The notes: generated by a model not told the origin, from the sequence alone. Positions 1 through 12,594 are shown, numbered from the whole stretch's first letter. The stretch: DNA of 63,359 nt, filler included, from Sphacelaria rigidula (GCA_964200075.2; 5 parts of 5 records of this genome joined end to end with filler, not necessarily neighbours in it), one strand, 5' to 3'. Numbers and translations are program-made.

Positions 1-77
1 CTCTCTCTCCCTTTTGGGCAACCAGGCCGAAGAAATCGTGGATTTGGTGATTCGTAGTCGTGACGATTCGTCCTAAC

Positions 78-557
78 CTTCTGACGGTTGGGACGCGGAT
101 TCGAATCTCGTTAATAAAGCCGCACGATCTTGGAGTTTCTCGCATCATACCCAACAGTGGAGAGAGAGAGACGATGTCGTGGGTAAACAAAACTCGACTT
201 CACAGTCTACGAAGGAAAGGGATCGCTTAAACCCTTTTTCGTGATGAGAATTGAGACAAGCACCGCAGAACGACGGTGGAGTGCTGAAGACACAATAAGG
301 AAAAAAAATCCGGTGTTTACCGTCCTCCTGTGTGATCCCGGCTGGTGCGCCCACATGTTGTTGTTGTTGTTGTTGTCTTCACATGAAAAACCATTCCGAT
401 ATCTGCGCGGTACATCCGTACTGGGCATCTGATGCGGACGCCTTCCGTGGTCACAGGCTAGCTACCTAGAAAAAGGTATGAAGAAATCGAACAAAACGAA
501 AAGAAACAAAATATGTACCGAAAGATGTAGACTGGCGTCCAGAATAGATGAGACTAC
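78..557 (+). mobile_element. tRNA-derived SINE family 1, degenerate copy with internal insertion
   Basis: B-box-like GGATTCGAATCTC, body shared with 3452-3793, 3' end GGCGTCCAGAATAGATG. Confidence 0.7.
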
Positions 558-837
558 ACCCCCCCCTCCCCCACCCCCCTTCACTCGAGTCCTCTCTCCC
601 CCTCTCTCCCTCTCTCAATCATATCCATAATGTTATTTTAGCTTTCTAGAAACTCCCTCTTTGAATATCAAACCGCACTTGTTCCCTTGCCCTCCGCCTT
701 TACGCGCCATTTTCGCGTGCTTAGACAAAACTCCCCCTTCTCCTCAGCCAGCAAGACTACAGCACGCATAATCATGAGTATACCGCGCGCGCCCCGCCCC
801 GCCTCGACCCGACCCCACCATGATTCGACAACAACAG

Positions 838-957
838 TTCCAGAAAGCAAAGCTCAAGTTCGAGGGAAAATTGATAGAATCAGGAAACGCTGGGCAGATC
901 GGGTACAGCATTGTGCGCCCGACGGCCTTCTTCAAGAGCGTTTCTGGACAACTTGAG
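838..957 (+). CDS. DVR: Divinyl (proto)chlorophyllide 8-vinyl reductase, internal exon A (upstream exons lie outside the contig)
   Basis: CAG|TTC acceptor and GAG|GTAC donor. Encodes [40 protein letters not shown], containing the FQxAKLKFE and [12 protein letters not shown] hallmarks of NADPH-dependent (BciA/plant-type) DVR. 120 nt, phase 0. Confidence 0.93.
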
Positions 958-1281
958 GTACGTCACAGATGGTGTGGTTCCGGGGGAGAGAGAGAAGGGA
1001 AAAAAACAAGGTGCTCGCACAAGCACGCAGTAGAGCAACGGTCGCTTGTCGGGAAAAAGCCGGGCTGCCTTGACTGTAGCGGGTTCGAAACTTTGACGAA
1101 AACGTGTGAAATTGGGAGATGGTGGCAAGATGCATGATGCCTGGAGTGTATTGCCGTATTCCTGGAGGGAGCAGACTTTATGATTATCGGCACAACCCCC
1201 GGTCGATATATTGCTCCTCGCTTGTGGTTCTAACTGACGGTCTTGGACTGCTGCTGTAATCGACGAAACGACCGAAATCAG

Positions 1282-1362
1282 GTGGTGCAAAGCGGAGCAC
1301 CCTTCGTGGTGTTTGGCGACGGGACGATGTGCAAGTGCAATCCCATCAGCGAGGCCGACCTG
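1282..1362 (+). CDS. DVR: DVR internal exon B
   Basis: CAG|GTG...CTG|GTGAGT. Encodes [27 protein letters not shown] (FGDG...CxPISExDL motif). 81 nt, phase 0. Confidence 0.93.
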
Positions 1363-1817
1363 GTGAGTTTTGCTGTGTCATAAGCACAGTAGAAGTGCAA
1401 AACGTCTCGAGAATGTACCATAGCTTCAGAGCCGCATGTGTGGCGGTGCTGGCCGCGAGATTGTTTTTTTCTTGCTTCAACCTCGAAAGAGGTGGTGTCT
1501 GCCATCCCTGGCCCGCTCTTCACATCAACATGCGACAAAAGCATGTTGCGTGTGTTATTTACCATTCTGTGGTCGGCTCCCCGCGCCATTTCCACTTTCC
1601 CTCGCTGAAGTTCCGTAACGTTTGTGCCCCGTGTTTTCTCGCCTCGCTTCGCTGCTGTTGCTGTTGTTGTTTCTTTCCTTTTCTTTCCGGCCCGGCCCGG
1701 TCCGGCCCGTTTCTGTTCGTTGCTCTTTCCTCTGCTCCCCCGGTTTATCTTGGCGTGAACTCAACTTCGCGGGGCCGCATCGTATCCCCTTCTCCGGGTC
1801 GGCCGTGCTTCCTGCAG

Positions 1818-1922
1818 GCCACGTACCTGGTGGATTGCTTAACAGACGCAACGAAGTCGAACAAGATTCTCAACGTCGGTGGTCCGGACGAGGGCCTCAC
1901 CATGACTGACCAGGGGAAACTC
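1818..1922 (+). CDS. DVR: DVR internal exon C
   Basis: TGCAG|GCC...CTC|GTGAGT. Encodes ATYLVDCLTDATKSNKILNVGGPDEGLTMTDQGKL. 105 nt, phase 0. Confidence 0.92.
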
Positions 1923-2001
1923 GTGAGTGGAGCGATTTTTTTGCGGGGGATTTCGGGGGAGCTTAGCTGCTGGCAGCGTCTGCCTGTACAATATATCTCT
2001 C

Positions 2002-2033
2002 ATGTTATGTTATGTTATGTTATGTTATGTTAT

Positions 2034-2069
<36 letters not shown>

Positions 2070-2135
2070 GATGGATGGATGGATTGTCGCACTTTATCTG
2101 ATCCCAGGGATCCAGCCGTGGTCACGTGTCACATG
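2002..2135 (-). repeat. (TGTTA)n/(GATT)n microsatellite tail plus short retroposon 3' end
   Basis: Reverse complement reads GTGACCACGGCTGGATCCCTGGG...AAAGTGCGAC-(AATC)n. Similar copies at 3883-3937, 12421-12475, 30328-30445 and 35925-35990. Confidence 0.7.
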
Positions 2136-3159
2136 ATAGACGTACGTACCCAAGACAAAATAAAACCGAAACACTCGCTGAAGAAAAAGAAGGTACAGAA
2201 AAAGAATCGAACCGAAGGACATCGTAGACCAAGACGTGAAAAAAAAAAAAAAACAGAGAGAAGTGACCGGTCTAAGGCTACTTACGTCTCTTGTACGAGT
2301 ATAAGAGGCGGACCTGCTTTTGTATAACTTGATCGTTTGTTATTGAAAATGCAAGTTTGGCCAAAAACGAAACTGTGACCTACGAAAAACGCTAAGGTGC
2401 CCCGGAACGGTCTCAACTTGCAGAGTAAGTCATCCCAAGGTGTCAACATCGGCCTTGTCCTCTATGCGGGTGAAAAACGAGGGAGAAGGTTCAAAAATGT
2501 ACTTTTCAACAACTTAACTTTTTTAAACATACCAAGTATCCTAAGACAAGAAAAAAAGGGGGGGAAAAAAAGAGAGAAGAACACAGAGGCATGTATTATT
2601 GTGTTGATTGTTTCGATATACAGACAGTGGATATTGGAATCGACAGTACACTGGTTGAGGAGGAACGGAAAAAGTGTTCTCTACAATCGGGCGGTAGTGA
2701 TGCAAAGAACAAATCAAACATGGAGGAGGCGGTAGTGTTCCGTCACCTTTTTTTCACCAAAACCGTCGTAGACTTCGTTTCCCATGGGGGCAGTATGATT
2801 GCATCGCTAACCACTTCCACCGCGAGGGTAGGTTATCTGGCATATGGGGGGGGCATGTGTTATGTGTTATGTGTCATGTATTACGTGCTTGAAACAAACC
2901 CCCTTACTTTTCAAGTGAAGGTGATGCTCGTTCAACTGATGACCCGCACTCGCTGTTGGAGAGTCAAGTACACCATGCATGTAGAACAAATGAAGAGGAT
3001 AAAGTGTTCCTTCACTCTGTCACCAAGAGACGACAAGTCGTACTGTTGGTCATAGGCGAACATGTGGAGGGGAGAACAAACGAATCAGTGTGATCCAGAG
3101 AGTCGGTCACTGGATCAAGACACCCCATCCATTATTGTTCCCGTCCGTGGCGTGCCCAG

Positions 3160-3348
3160 CTGTTCGACGCTGTCGGGAAGGAGCCGAAAATTATCAAGGC
3201 GCCAGTCATGCTGTTTGATTTGATTATCGGTGGATTGGACTTCATGGCGAAGATACTCCCCAGCCAGTTCGAGGATCCCGCGGAGCTTGCAAAAATTGGG
3301 AAGTACTACGCCGTCGAGGATATGCTTACCACGGACCCGGCGGAAAAG
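3160..3348 (+). CDS. DVR: DVR internal exon D (followed by a GC-AG type donor)
   Basis: CCCAG|CTG acceptor. Encodes LFDAVGKEPKIIKAPVMLFDLIIGGLDFMAKILPSQFEDPAELAKIGKYYAVEDMLTTDPAEK (E..KIG.YYA.E.ML motif). Ends AAG|GCAAGT. 189 nt, phase 0. Confidence 0.9.
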
Positions 3349-3451
3349 GCAAGTGTTCAAACGATTTTTTTTTCAACTGTTCATCTAGTGCTTTCTTTTA
3401 CGTTCATTTATTTATTTTTGTGATTCTATCTTTTTTTTACTTCTTACTCTC

Positions 3452-3793
3452 TGGTCGCACCCGTGGATTAGTTGGTAACCTCGAAAGCTTCTGATGGTTG
3501 GGCCGTGGGTTCGAATCTCGGAGTGACCTTTTTTTTTTCTCATGCCCAACAGCGGAGAGGGACTATGTCGTGGGTACATGAAATTATACTTCACGGTCGA
3601 CGAGGGAACGGGACTGCTGAACCCCTCTTGCGATAAAATCAAGCAAGTACCGCAAAGGGAATGTGGACTACTAAAACAAAACAAAAACAAAAATCTTGTG
3701 TAAGCCTTCCTCCTGTGTGACCCCGGCTGGTGCGCCCACATAAACCGAAAGGTGTGGACCAGCGTCCAGAATAAATGGGACGACAACAACAAC
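3452..3793 (+). mobile_element. tRNA-derived SINE family 1, near full-length, in DVR intron
   Basis: A box TGGATTAGTTGG, B box GGTTCGAATCTC, conserved body, 3' end CGTCCAGAATAAATGGGACGAC followed by a (CAA)n tail. Partial copies at ~6580-6677(+), 8221-8268(-), 9768-9972(-), 50770-50842(-) and 63301-63359(-). Confidence 0.8.
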
Positions 3794-5499
3794 AGTCTAA
3801 TATGTCGTCCTGTTCTACCTCTTTTCTGATACTTCTTTTTCCTCAGCGAGTGTTTCAGTTTTGTTGTGTCTTGGGCACGTGTATCATGCGATCACTGGAT
3901 CGCTGGGGGGTCAGTTAAAGTGCGACAAAATAAACAAGATCCAAATCCAAATCTGTGTACTGATAGTTGCTGGCGATGTATTAACCCTCTTAGACTGTAA
4001 GAGTAGATCATCATCTGTTGAATGGGCATCAAGTTCACTTGAAAAAAATAGGCATAAACCAGATGGGCTACCCGCATCGCGGTCTGAGGGTTGAATCTAG
4101 GGTGTGTGGCCAGTTCTATTTCTGACAAAATATCATGTTGTGTTTGCACACGCGCAACCTGGACGTTAAAAGGTGCAGTGTCTTTTGATAACTGCCAAAC
4201 AAAGTCCTTTTTTTTTTTACCACGTACTTGCTCACAAGTCGGACAACCCATGAGCCAACTCAGTCATGTGGTAAAACCCATCCACTGGAACATAGACGGC
4301 GACCCCCACCGTAGGTGAGCTGGAATGGACTGTGCCACCTTGGGGGTACAGGACAGCTGTTTTCTCGCTACGCAACACGCTTCGTTTCGTGATCATGTGA
4401 TTGCCGAACATCTATACAGAAAATAGTGCCGAAGAATCCCTGACCGATTTGACCCTGCAGTCATATTGAGTGCAGAGTCAGCATGGGTGCTGTATGTCTC
4501 CGCTGGATACAACGGCAAGAAACGGTCAGTGTGCCATCGCTCTCTCCACTGAACACAAGCTACTGCATGCTGCTGATATCTTTGCTTAGTGTTCCGCGGT
4601 GACACTACAACAGGTAGTGTGAAGCTATGCGTGCTGGCAATATACAATATACGAGGAGTCAGTCAGGCTGCACAGGCTACGAGTAGAGCACAACAGACGT
4701 TATTTTTCTGCCCTCGTGCAATATATGCTGAATTGTCCTGACCAAAATGGGTTCTACGGCTAGACATCGAAGTAGTCCACCTCTAGTTCACTCGTAGGGG
4801 AACAAAGAGACCATTTTGATAGCCGTTATCGGTCAAAATGATCATTCCACTCCACACGCGGTCATTCGGCTACCCCCGAAAATACTCTGTTCCGGTCAAC
4901 TTTTCGAGCCTCCGGAGGAAATAAATCCCGCCGGAGGAATTTAGATGATGCACGGCCCTCCAGAGCACCATCTTTTTTGTTACTCTCGAAGGATTCAGAC
5001 CTCAGAAGTCACTGGAGCATCAAATGTCCTCCAGAGGATCCCTCTATGACCGCACCTGGGGATGAAATACCCTCTAGAGGGTATTTTACCCTCGACAGGA
5101 TAAAAATCGCGATAGGGGATTTTTATGAGGGTAGCCGAATGGTCGCGTGTGTCCCCTCGGGCCTCGATCCTGGCTCATGATTTTCCGTGGGAGACTTCCA
5201 GACACACATGGTTGACTCGGTGAGCTTTCATGCTGTTCTACGAACAGACTTCCACCTCCCTGTCAAAAAACCACCCTCCCGCCCCCTGGAAACTGCCGGA
5301 TGTCCCCGGACTGTTAGCCTGTAAAACTGTTCCCAGGCGATGCTCGCTGTCTAACGGTTTTAACCATCTCGGAGTAGATGCAATTTTAATGTCGCTGAAT
5401 TATCATGCCGGATAACTTATCCACTGGAAACAGGTAACGCTGAGTTGTACCATGTAACTGGTGCTGTACAGTGGAAAAAAGTATCGCCGAGGTATTGGA

Positions 5500-5714
5500 T
5501 GTATCTCAAACGCGGTTCCCGGTTTCTTGGTTTGTTCACTGGCTCTGGGTTTTGTACTTTTTTTTCATGTGAAAGTGATGGCAATTTAGAGGAGAACCTG
5601 ACCTGGTGGTCAAAGGGTCTCATCGTCTGATTCATCTGGTGAATCGCCATCACTTTCACTTGGAAAAATAGAGCAAACCAAAACCAGGAAACCGGGAACC
5701 GAGTTTGAGATACA
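5500..5714. mobile_element. MITE with ~35-bp TIRs
   Basis: TGTATCTCAAACGCGGTTCCCGGTTTCTTGGTTT ... AAAACCAGGAAACCGGGAACCGAGTTTGAGATACA. No clear TSD. Confidence 0.65.
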
Positions 5715-7569
5715 GTACCTCTAATACCGTATAACTCATCCACTGGACAATAGGCACAACTCGCGATACATGGTGACCTAGAGCAGGGACAAGGAAGGTG
5801 AGCATCTTGAGCGGCCCAGCTTGTAGTGCGATTGGAGACGGGTGAAATGTCTGCCCGCACGCGTAAGTGAAAACTGTACTGACTGTCTGTACTGTACGGC
5901 TGCTCTTCACCTACCTCGGAGTAGATGAAACTTCAAAATAGCTGAGTTATACCGGATAACGCATCCACTGGAAACAGACACCGCTGAGTTTTACCATATA
6001 ACGTGTCCAGTGTAGAATGGTACCGCTAGCTATACCGTATATACATACAGTAGAGGAAAGCCGCTGAGCTAGTGGTATCATAATGGAAGAGGCATATTTT
6101 CAGATTTTCCTTCACTTTTCCGAAAAACTCGATTTTTTTCCCGTCTTCTCCCAACAAATACTGCTGTAAAAAACTTCCGACGCTAGGTTTTTGGAGAAAT
6201 CTGTCGTCAGTCTTGAAATGCTGTTACGTTTTGGGGAAACTAACCTCCCCTCCCTCTCGCGCCCCCCGAAGAAAAAATAGGCCGCTTCTTATGTGTGAAG
6301 AAAAAAGGTCAAAATGCCGTTTTGGTCCTTGTGCGTCGTTTCATGTCCTGAAAGAGGGCTAGGTGGACGTTGACACCTTGAAATGACTTGCCGTAACGGT
6401 TGAGACCGTTCCAGGACATCCGTACGTTTTCCGGTGGCTGTAGTTTTGTTTTTGGCCAAACTTGCACTGTGAGTAACAAATGGTCAAGTTATCAAAAAAA
6501 CAGCAGCTAAGCTGCCAGTTGTTCAACTTCATTTTCGAACATCAGCTATTTCTTGGGCTTTGCTTTCAGCGTTGCACTACGGCTGGTGCGCCCACATATA
6601 CCGAAAAGTGTAGACCGGCGCCCAGAATAGGTGGGACGACAACACATACACACACACACACACACATACACACACAAACTACGGTATGCGTACCCCAAGC
6701 ACGCGGAATAGAGCAAAGGGGCGTTTTCGGTAGAGTTAACCGGAGTTGGTCTACAATCTACCCGTAGTTGATATTACTTTATTTGAGTGTGAACAACGAG
6801 AATCGCTTCTTTAGTTGGGCTTGGCAGTCCCGTGTGCTCCTTGCGTGCGCAGAACCCGTTTTCGACCAAATCGGCTCCACAGGCGCCGATCTTGGATCTA
6901 CCAACGCCACACTTCGCCGAGGGATACCTGTGCACCTTCCTTGCCCGAGGGTCCTCGGTGTGCCGTGGGTGGAGGTTAGGGTTAGGGTAAGCGATACTTG
7001 TTAAATGTGTCAACCATGAATAGAATGTAGGCCAACTCCAATTAACCCTCCTCAATGTTTTTGACATGCGGTCAGTTTCTTTCTCCTCCGATCAATCAGG
7101 CCCCAGAAATCGTATGTGGTGATTCGAACCAGCAGTGATTAATCGGATCCTTGCACAACGTGGATGATGACAATATATTGTATGGCTAATAGTTGCAACA
7201 GACAAGAAGTGCACTGCTCAAAGAGTAGACATATTGCGACTGTTGTCAGCCGACAATCGTCGCAACAGGCATTCACTAAAAGCAGTACATTTTCTGTCTA
7301 CTACAACTGTTGACCCTTTATCGTGCAAGGTCTGGGTGAACCCTTGTAAAAAACTTTAGCGGGCGAGACGGCACTGCCGATCATGTTATTGCATCTTGTG
7401 TTTATTCCACAACCCAGACAACATATGGTCAGTAGATGCATTGGACAAAATATGTACTGGATAAAGTACACGCCTGTTGCAATTATTGACGCCCGACAAT
7501 AGTTACAATACAGTATGTCTATACTTGACCCAGTACACTTCTTGTCTAATGTATCTATTGACCACGTAC

Positions 7570-7930
7570 TGTCCTTCCCTTGTCCAGTAAATAAAATGCA
7601 TCATCCAACCATCCAACCATCCATCCTCATTCAACCTTCAATTAATTAATTAATCAATGAACGGATGAATTATTATATGTTTAATATTGTCATTCTATTG
7701 TCCTTCCCTTGTCCAAAAAATGAAAATCAACCAACCATCCATCCAACCCCAATAACCCAACCAACAAATTAATTACTTAATTAATTTATCATATATGTAA
7801 AAAATATGTATTGTCTTTCCTTTCTCCGAAAAATAAAATACAAAACCAACCAATCAACCATCCCATCCCCAAACAATAATTAATTAATTAATTAGTTTAA
7901 TTATACACAACTAAATTTATAATTTTATAA
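7570..7930. repeat. AT-rich degenerate minisatellite (~120-bp unit x3)
   Basis: TGTCCTTCCCTTGTCCA..AAAT..CCAACCATCC..TTAATTAATT recurs at ~7571, 7699 and 7811. Confidence 0.65.
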
Positions 7931-10683
7931 CCTGACAAAAAATAAAAATTCAGAACAAAAGAGAATGCCAAAAAAAATCCGATGCTGAATTTCCTGAGTA
8001 ATATATCGTCAACCCTAACCCTAACCCTAACCCCAAACTCAAAAAGGGCATATCAAGAACCCTGGGGCAAGGAAGGTGCGACTAATCTCCTAAATCCAAT
8101 ACCTACAAAGTGGTGAACTCTACTGGGGATGGACGGCTATTATTGTTGAGGGTGTGGTTTACTGAGGAGAAAAGCCCGGCGGCATGTTCCGTTCCACGTG
8201 ATGAGCTTGCTCACAGGTAAACAATGTGTGTTGTCATCCGATCTATTCTGGACGCCAGTCTACACCTACAAGCGCCGAATGAAGGGCGTATGTCTGTCCA
8301 TACGCCGCGAATCAAGCCAAGTCCAATCGTTTTGTGTAGCTCTCGCGTGGGGCCGTCACCGCGTCATGTGTCGGCTCGAGGCAATGTCCCCCTCGAAGAC
8401 GAAAGCCGAGCTTGAGGCAAAAATTGTTTCCGCAAGTATCGCACTATCCTGCACGGTGAGGTATGGCATGTGGTTTAGGTCGTCAATGACGCGTGTTTGA
8501 AAGGGTAAATTGTGTCAGAGATGGCAGTACGTCGTGGAATCTGCGCGTTGAGGAGGCGGGAGTGGAGAAATAGAAATGGCCGCCAGGTTTGTGGCACCGC
8601 AAGCAAACAACCAACTGACTGGTCGTGGCTCGTGTACGCTGTACATGACTGACGGTGGCAAAGTAGACTAACATGACACGGTCTATTTGGCCTTGAGCCG
8701 CGTGTTTGCATACAGGCGTCATAACCACACCAAAATAAAGTATCCCGACCCCCCTCCCCGCCAAACCCCGCGTACCTGTCGTCAAACCTCGGCACTGAGG
8801 CTGTCAAGGATTTTCTATGATACGTGATCTCCTTACAGTAGTGGGCGCCTAAAATATTCATTTTATAATTTATGCGTAACTGGCGATTTTCTTGGGCTCT
8901 TTCGCTTGCCACCAGTCATCACACTGGGGATCCGAAGATAGTTATGTATCCGCTCTACATTCCAAGAATAAAAAATCATCTGTATTTTAACATATATACA
9001 TACAGTAAGTGACTTACGAGCTGACCGGTCATCGGGGTCCTTCCACGTTTCAGCCCAGATTCTGGCTCTTCGGTATTTTCGTTCGCTCGAGCCTGTCCCG
9101 ATTGTATTTGTGAAGAAATGTACAGATTTTTTTTTTTCGAAACTGAAACTATACCTTCTCATTCCACTCGTACAGCCGAAAAACTGTGTTTCACGTTCAA
9201 TAACACCCTCCTGATAACGGGGTATTCATTCGTATCGCTGATAACACCAACTTACACTAACTTGGGCACTGTGTTTTGAGGACGATCTGTTTACTTCATC
9301 AAATCCTACCGACGCTAGTACATGCGAGTTCTACCAGAGAGTAGCACGCGAGGAAACCCCCGAAACAACCCTGAACAGTTCAGGCACCCACTACTGTACG
9401 TAATTTCCGTAGCACTTCCCTGATATTATCTTATACCTTCCATTTTACCTGTGATGACATTTTTTGATGGTCTGCAAAACGTACAGCTTTCTGTTGTTGT
9501 TTCCATGGTGGCAGCACGTATATTCGATTGAACTCATCGATCGATATGTCAGGCATTTGGTGACGTTTGAATACGTTCATTCGTGAACGTACGCAGTACG
9601 CATCGCTTTTCATTTTGTTGTTCCTCGCGATCGGTCCAAATATTGAATTATATCTTGTACGAGCGCCTCTAGTGGTGCAAGTGGGATTTCATTAATTGCA
9701 GATGGATTCCTTTGAGGGTGAGGGCGTGTCTTGACACATCATTTTCTGATCGAAAAAGTGCGATGTGTTTGTGTTGTGTGTTGTCGTCCCATCTATTCTG
9801 GACGCCTGTCTACACCTTTCGGTACATCTGGGTGCACCAGCCGGGGTTACTCAGGAGCTTTTTTAGATTTTTTTTTAGTACCTCTCCTTCCTTCTGCGGT
9901 GCTTACCTTTATCTTTTATCGCGAGAGGGTTCCGCAGTCCCGTTTCCCTCGTCGACCGTCAAGTCGAATTTTGAGCAATGGAGACCAAGTATTCCGATCT
10001 GATAGATCGTGATTTCAACCATCACCATGAGCTACGATAATTGAAATCTCGACCTATCAGAGCGGAATTTTTATCATGAAGGTAACCAAGGTTCATCCTC
10101 AAAAACAATTCCATCCGCATTTTGTGAAGTGCCGTTTTTTTTGCGTTCATTTTGCCACCTCTTCCAGGGGGCTACGGGGAAAAGATTTCGAGACACGTAG
10201 GCCCCAAGATCGAAAAATTGAGGTTTTGAGGGGGGCGAGGGTAGGGGGGGTGGGGGGTGAGGGTGGGGGGTAAATCCAGCCTGTTGTTTCCTAGTTTATT
10301 GCCGAGGGGTTGGCGGATGCGATCAGCTGCTGTGTACAGAGGTTATTGGCATGGAGACCGCTGAGATGGCGAACACGCCGCCCTCACCAAGCTCATCACT
10401 TACCGTGGTAACATTCATGAGATCATGTTCCGTGCCGTGTGCCTCGAGTACCTAGTAGAAGTTCGGACAAGTTTCGCAAGGCGTGAGTTTTTTTTTCCAC
10501 TTCGGCTACAGGCTGTCACTACCGTGCGCTCGTGTACATCCAGTGTGTGAGCGTGGCCGGCATCTGAGGTCATCGGGACAGAGTGGGCAAGGAGCAGAAG
10601 CAAGTAAACGAACCCTGCAAAGCCAGTGTTTCTTGATCATTTTCTTGCAACAGTATATTCGACGAAAAATCATGACAAATTTC

Positions 10684-10888
10684 CAAGGGTAGGTGGAGTA
10701 GAGTATAGGTAATTGCGGGGTATTTTAATAGTCGTACTTGAAGCACACAAATTGGGGGTAGGATTTCAGGAATCGCTTCCCAGCTATTTTTTGGGTACGA
10801 CTCCCAACAATCTACCCTGACTTGAGTACCCCAAGTACGTCTTTCAAAATACCCCGCAATTGAGTATACTCTACTCGACCTGCCCTTG
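10684..10888. mobile_element. MITE with ~45-bp TIRs
   Basis: CAAGGGTAGGTGGAGTAGAGTATA..AATTGCGGGGTATTTT ... AAAATACCCCGCAATTGAGTATACTCTACTCGACCTGCCCTTG. Confidence 0.7.
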
Positions 10889-10949
10889 CAAATACGCTGA
10901 AACTTCCAAGGATCGGACGAATAAACTATTCGTCTAGAAATCACTTGAT

Positions 10950-11170
10950 TTTAGTGCGATTGATTCGTACCGCACGAATCAATCCTTCGCCTTTGTTTTC
11001 AGCGTTGCGGCCCAGGTACGCGCAGCCCAGGCACGTGAAATGGCGCAAAAATTGCGTGGAGAACTTTCGGACCAGCGGCCAACTTTTTTCTCTCCTTGTT
11101 GAGCAATCAGGCCTGAAAAATCGCGGATTTGGTGATTCGAACCGGCAATGATCCGTCCGAACCGTGGAAA
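10950..11170 (+). repeat. Dispersed non-coding repeat (non-autonomous element)
   Basis: CGCACGAATCAA...CAGGCC..AAATCG(T/C)GGATTTGGTGATTCG, shared with 20-75, 7070-7140, 11440-11480 and 27590-27810. Confidence 0.6.
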
Positions 11171-11780
11171 CTTCGAGTATATGTTGGGGGATGCCACAGG
11201 TAGGTGTCGAAGCGACAGATACCTCGGCGCTCGGCGCTCAGGGCGCTGTGTAGGTTGAAACGATGATTATCAGCATGGTCATAATTTTTCAATTCCACAC
11301 ACACTGTCTAATGACAAATATAGAGGATATATTTTCAAACCGGTGAGGAGTCACCAACGGATCCTGCCAGCTGTGTCATGATGCTTCGCCCGCTCATGGA
11401 TATAGTGCTCGACGAAACACAGCTAACAAAAAATCGTTTATTTCGTGATTCGTAGTCGTGACGATTCGTCCTAACCGTGCAACGTTGTCACTCCAACTCG
11501 CGCGACAGCTCTGTGGGTTCTGTCAAGGACCGCTCCAAAGCTACCCGGGGAGAGGTAATGTCCCCTTACAGACTGTGCCAGCAAACTTCCGCTACCTTCG
11601 TGACATATATCCATCTGACACTCATGAAGGTCGTCGCCATGGTATCCTTCTCCCAGTATCGAGTTAGAGTATGGAGGATACGATTTTATACGTCATTTTT
11701 TTCCTACAAGGAGTACCTATCGTTACAAGTCACAAAATTCGTCACACGCCAAGCTTTAAGCTAGGCTAGTAAGCACTACT

Positions 11781-11848
11781 GTGGGGGACCACGTGGGGAG
11801 CCCTGATTTGGCTTGAATTTGAACAGGGCTCCCCACGTGGTCCCCCAC
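11781..11848. repeat. Perfect 25-bp stem / 18-nt loop hairpin
   Basis: GTGGGGGACCACGTGGGGAGCCCTG-(18 nt)-CAGGGCTCCCCACGTGGTCCCCCAC. Confidence 0.9.
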
Positions 11849-12082
11849 CGTAGTACTAGCTCGCCTGGTCCAACGCTTAACGTTTGGCGTGCAACGAATT
11901 TTGCGACGTGCGACGATAAGATCCCTGATTTTTTTCGGTGGTGCAGTTACTTCCACTTCGCCGAGCTGGTGCGGAGTATATTACTTTCAAACGAAAATGA
12001 AGCCGCACCCCCGTGATGTAAATAAAAAACTAACTTTCACTTTGCCGAGTTGGTGCGGAGTACTGTACTATCAAACGAAAAT

Positions 12083-12405
12083 GTAGCCGCGCCCCGGTAG
12101 TGTGAATTCAAATGGTCCGACTGTCACCCTCAGGATGGAGAAAGTGTGGGCTCGATTCCGGATGCGCCGGGTTTTTTGCTTCAAAAGTACCTGATTTCCA
12201 CCGTCGAAAGGGTGACTACGTGAGTGGACAGAAAGTACTTGACTGAGTTTTGCTTGACAATAGTCGACGAGGTGTGGGAGTGCTGATGGTCATGATCCCA
12301 TCCGCGAGACCAAAATGCAAGGCTTACACTGTACCGGAGAGAGGTGGGTTGATCTCGTGAGACCACGGACTCGTCCCGAGGAAGGGCAAGGATTAAGGGT
12401 TGATA
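12083..12405 (+). mobile_element. tRNA-derived SINE family 2
   Basis: tRNA-like head (A box TGGTGTAATGG and B box GGTTCGATCCC, clearest in copy 32170) and body GGGAGTGCTGA..CCGCGAGAC..GAGACCACGGACTCGTCCCGAG. Copies at ~24880-25200(-), 27870-28190(-), 32170-32490(+), 36610-36935(+) and 44365-44640(-). Confidence 0.75.
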
Positions 12406-12594
12406 AATTCGAATGGTCACCTGATTGATTGTCGCACTCGAACTAATCTCCCAGGGATCCCGCCGTATGTGACAGAAAAGAAAGAAAAAAAAAGTGTCGC
12501 GTTGTGCAAGTCTAGTTCAATGCCGGACACCGTCGGCTGTATCTACTCTGCTGCCGAGTCATCCTACGATAGGGGGGGGGGGATTTTGGGCCAT

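Noticed and set aside
3452-3530. tRNA genes (also 32175-32250, 36615-36690)
   Set aside because: A/B boxes are present, but the cloverleaf is decayed and each is fused to a conserved SINE body.
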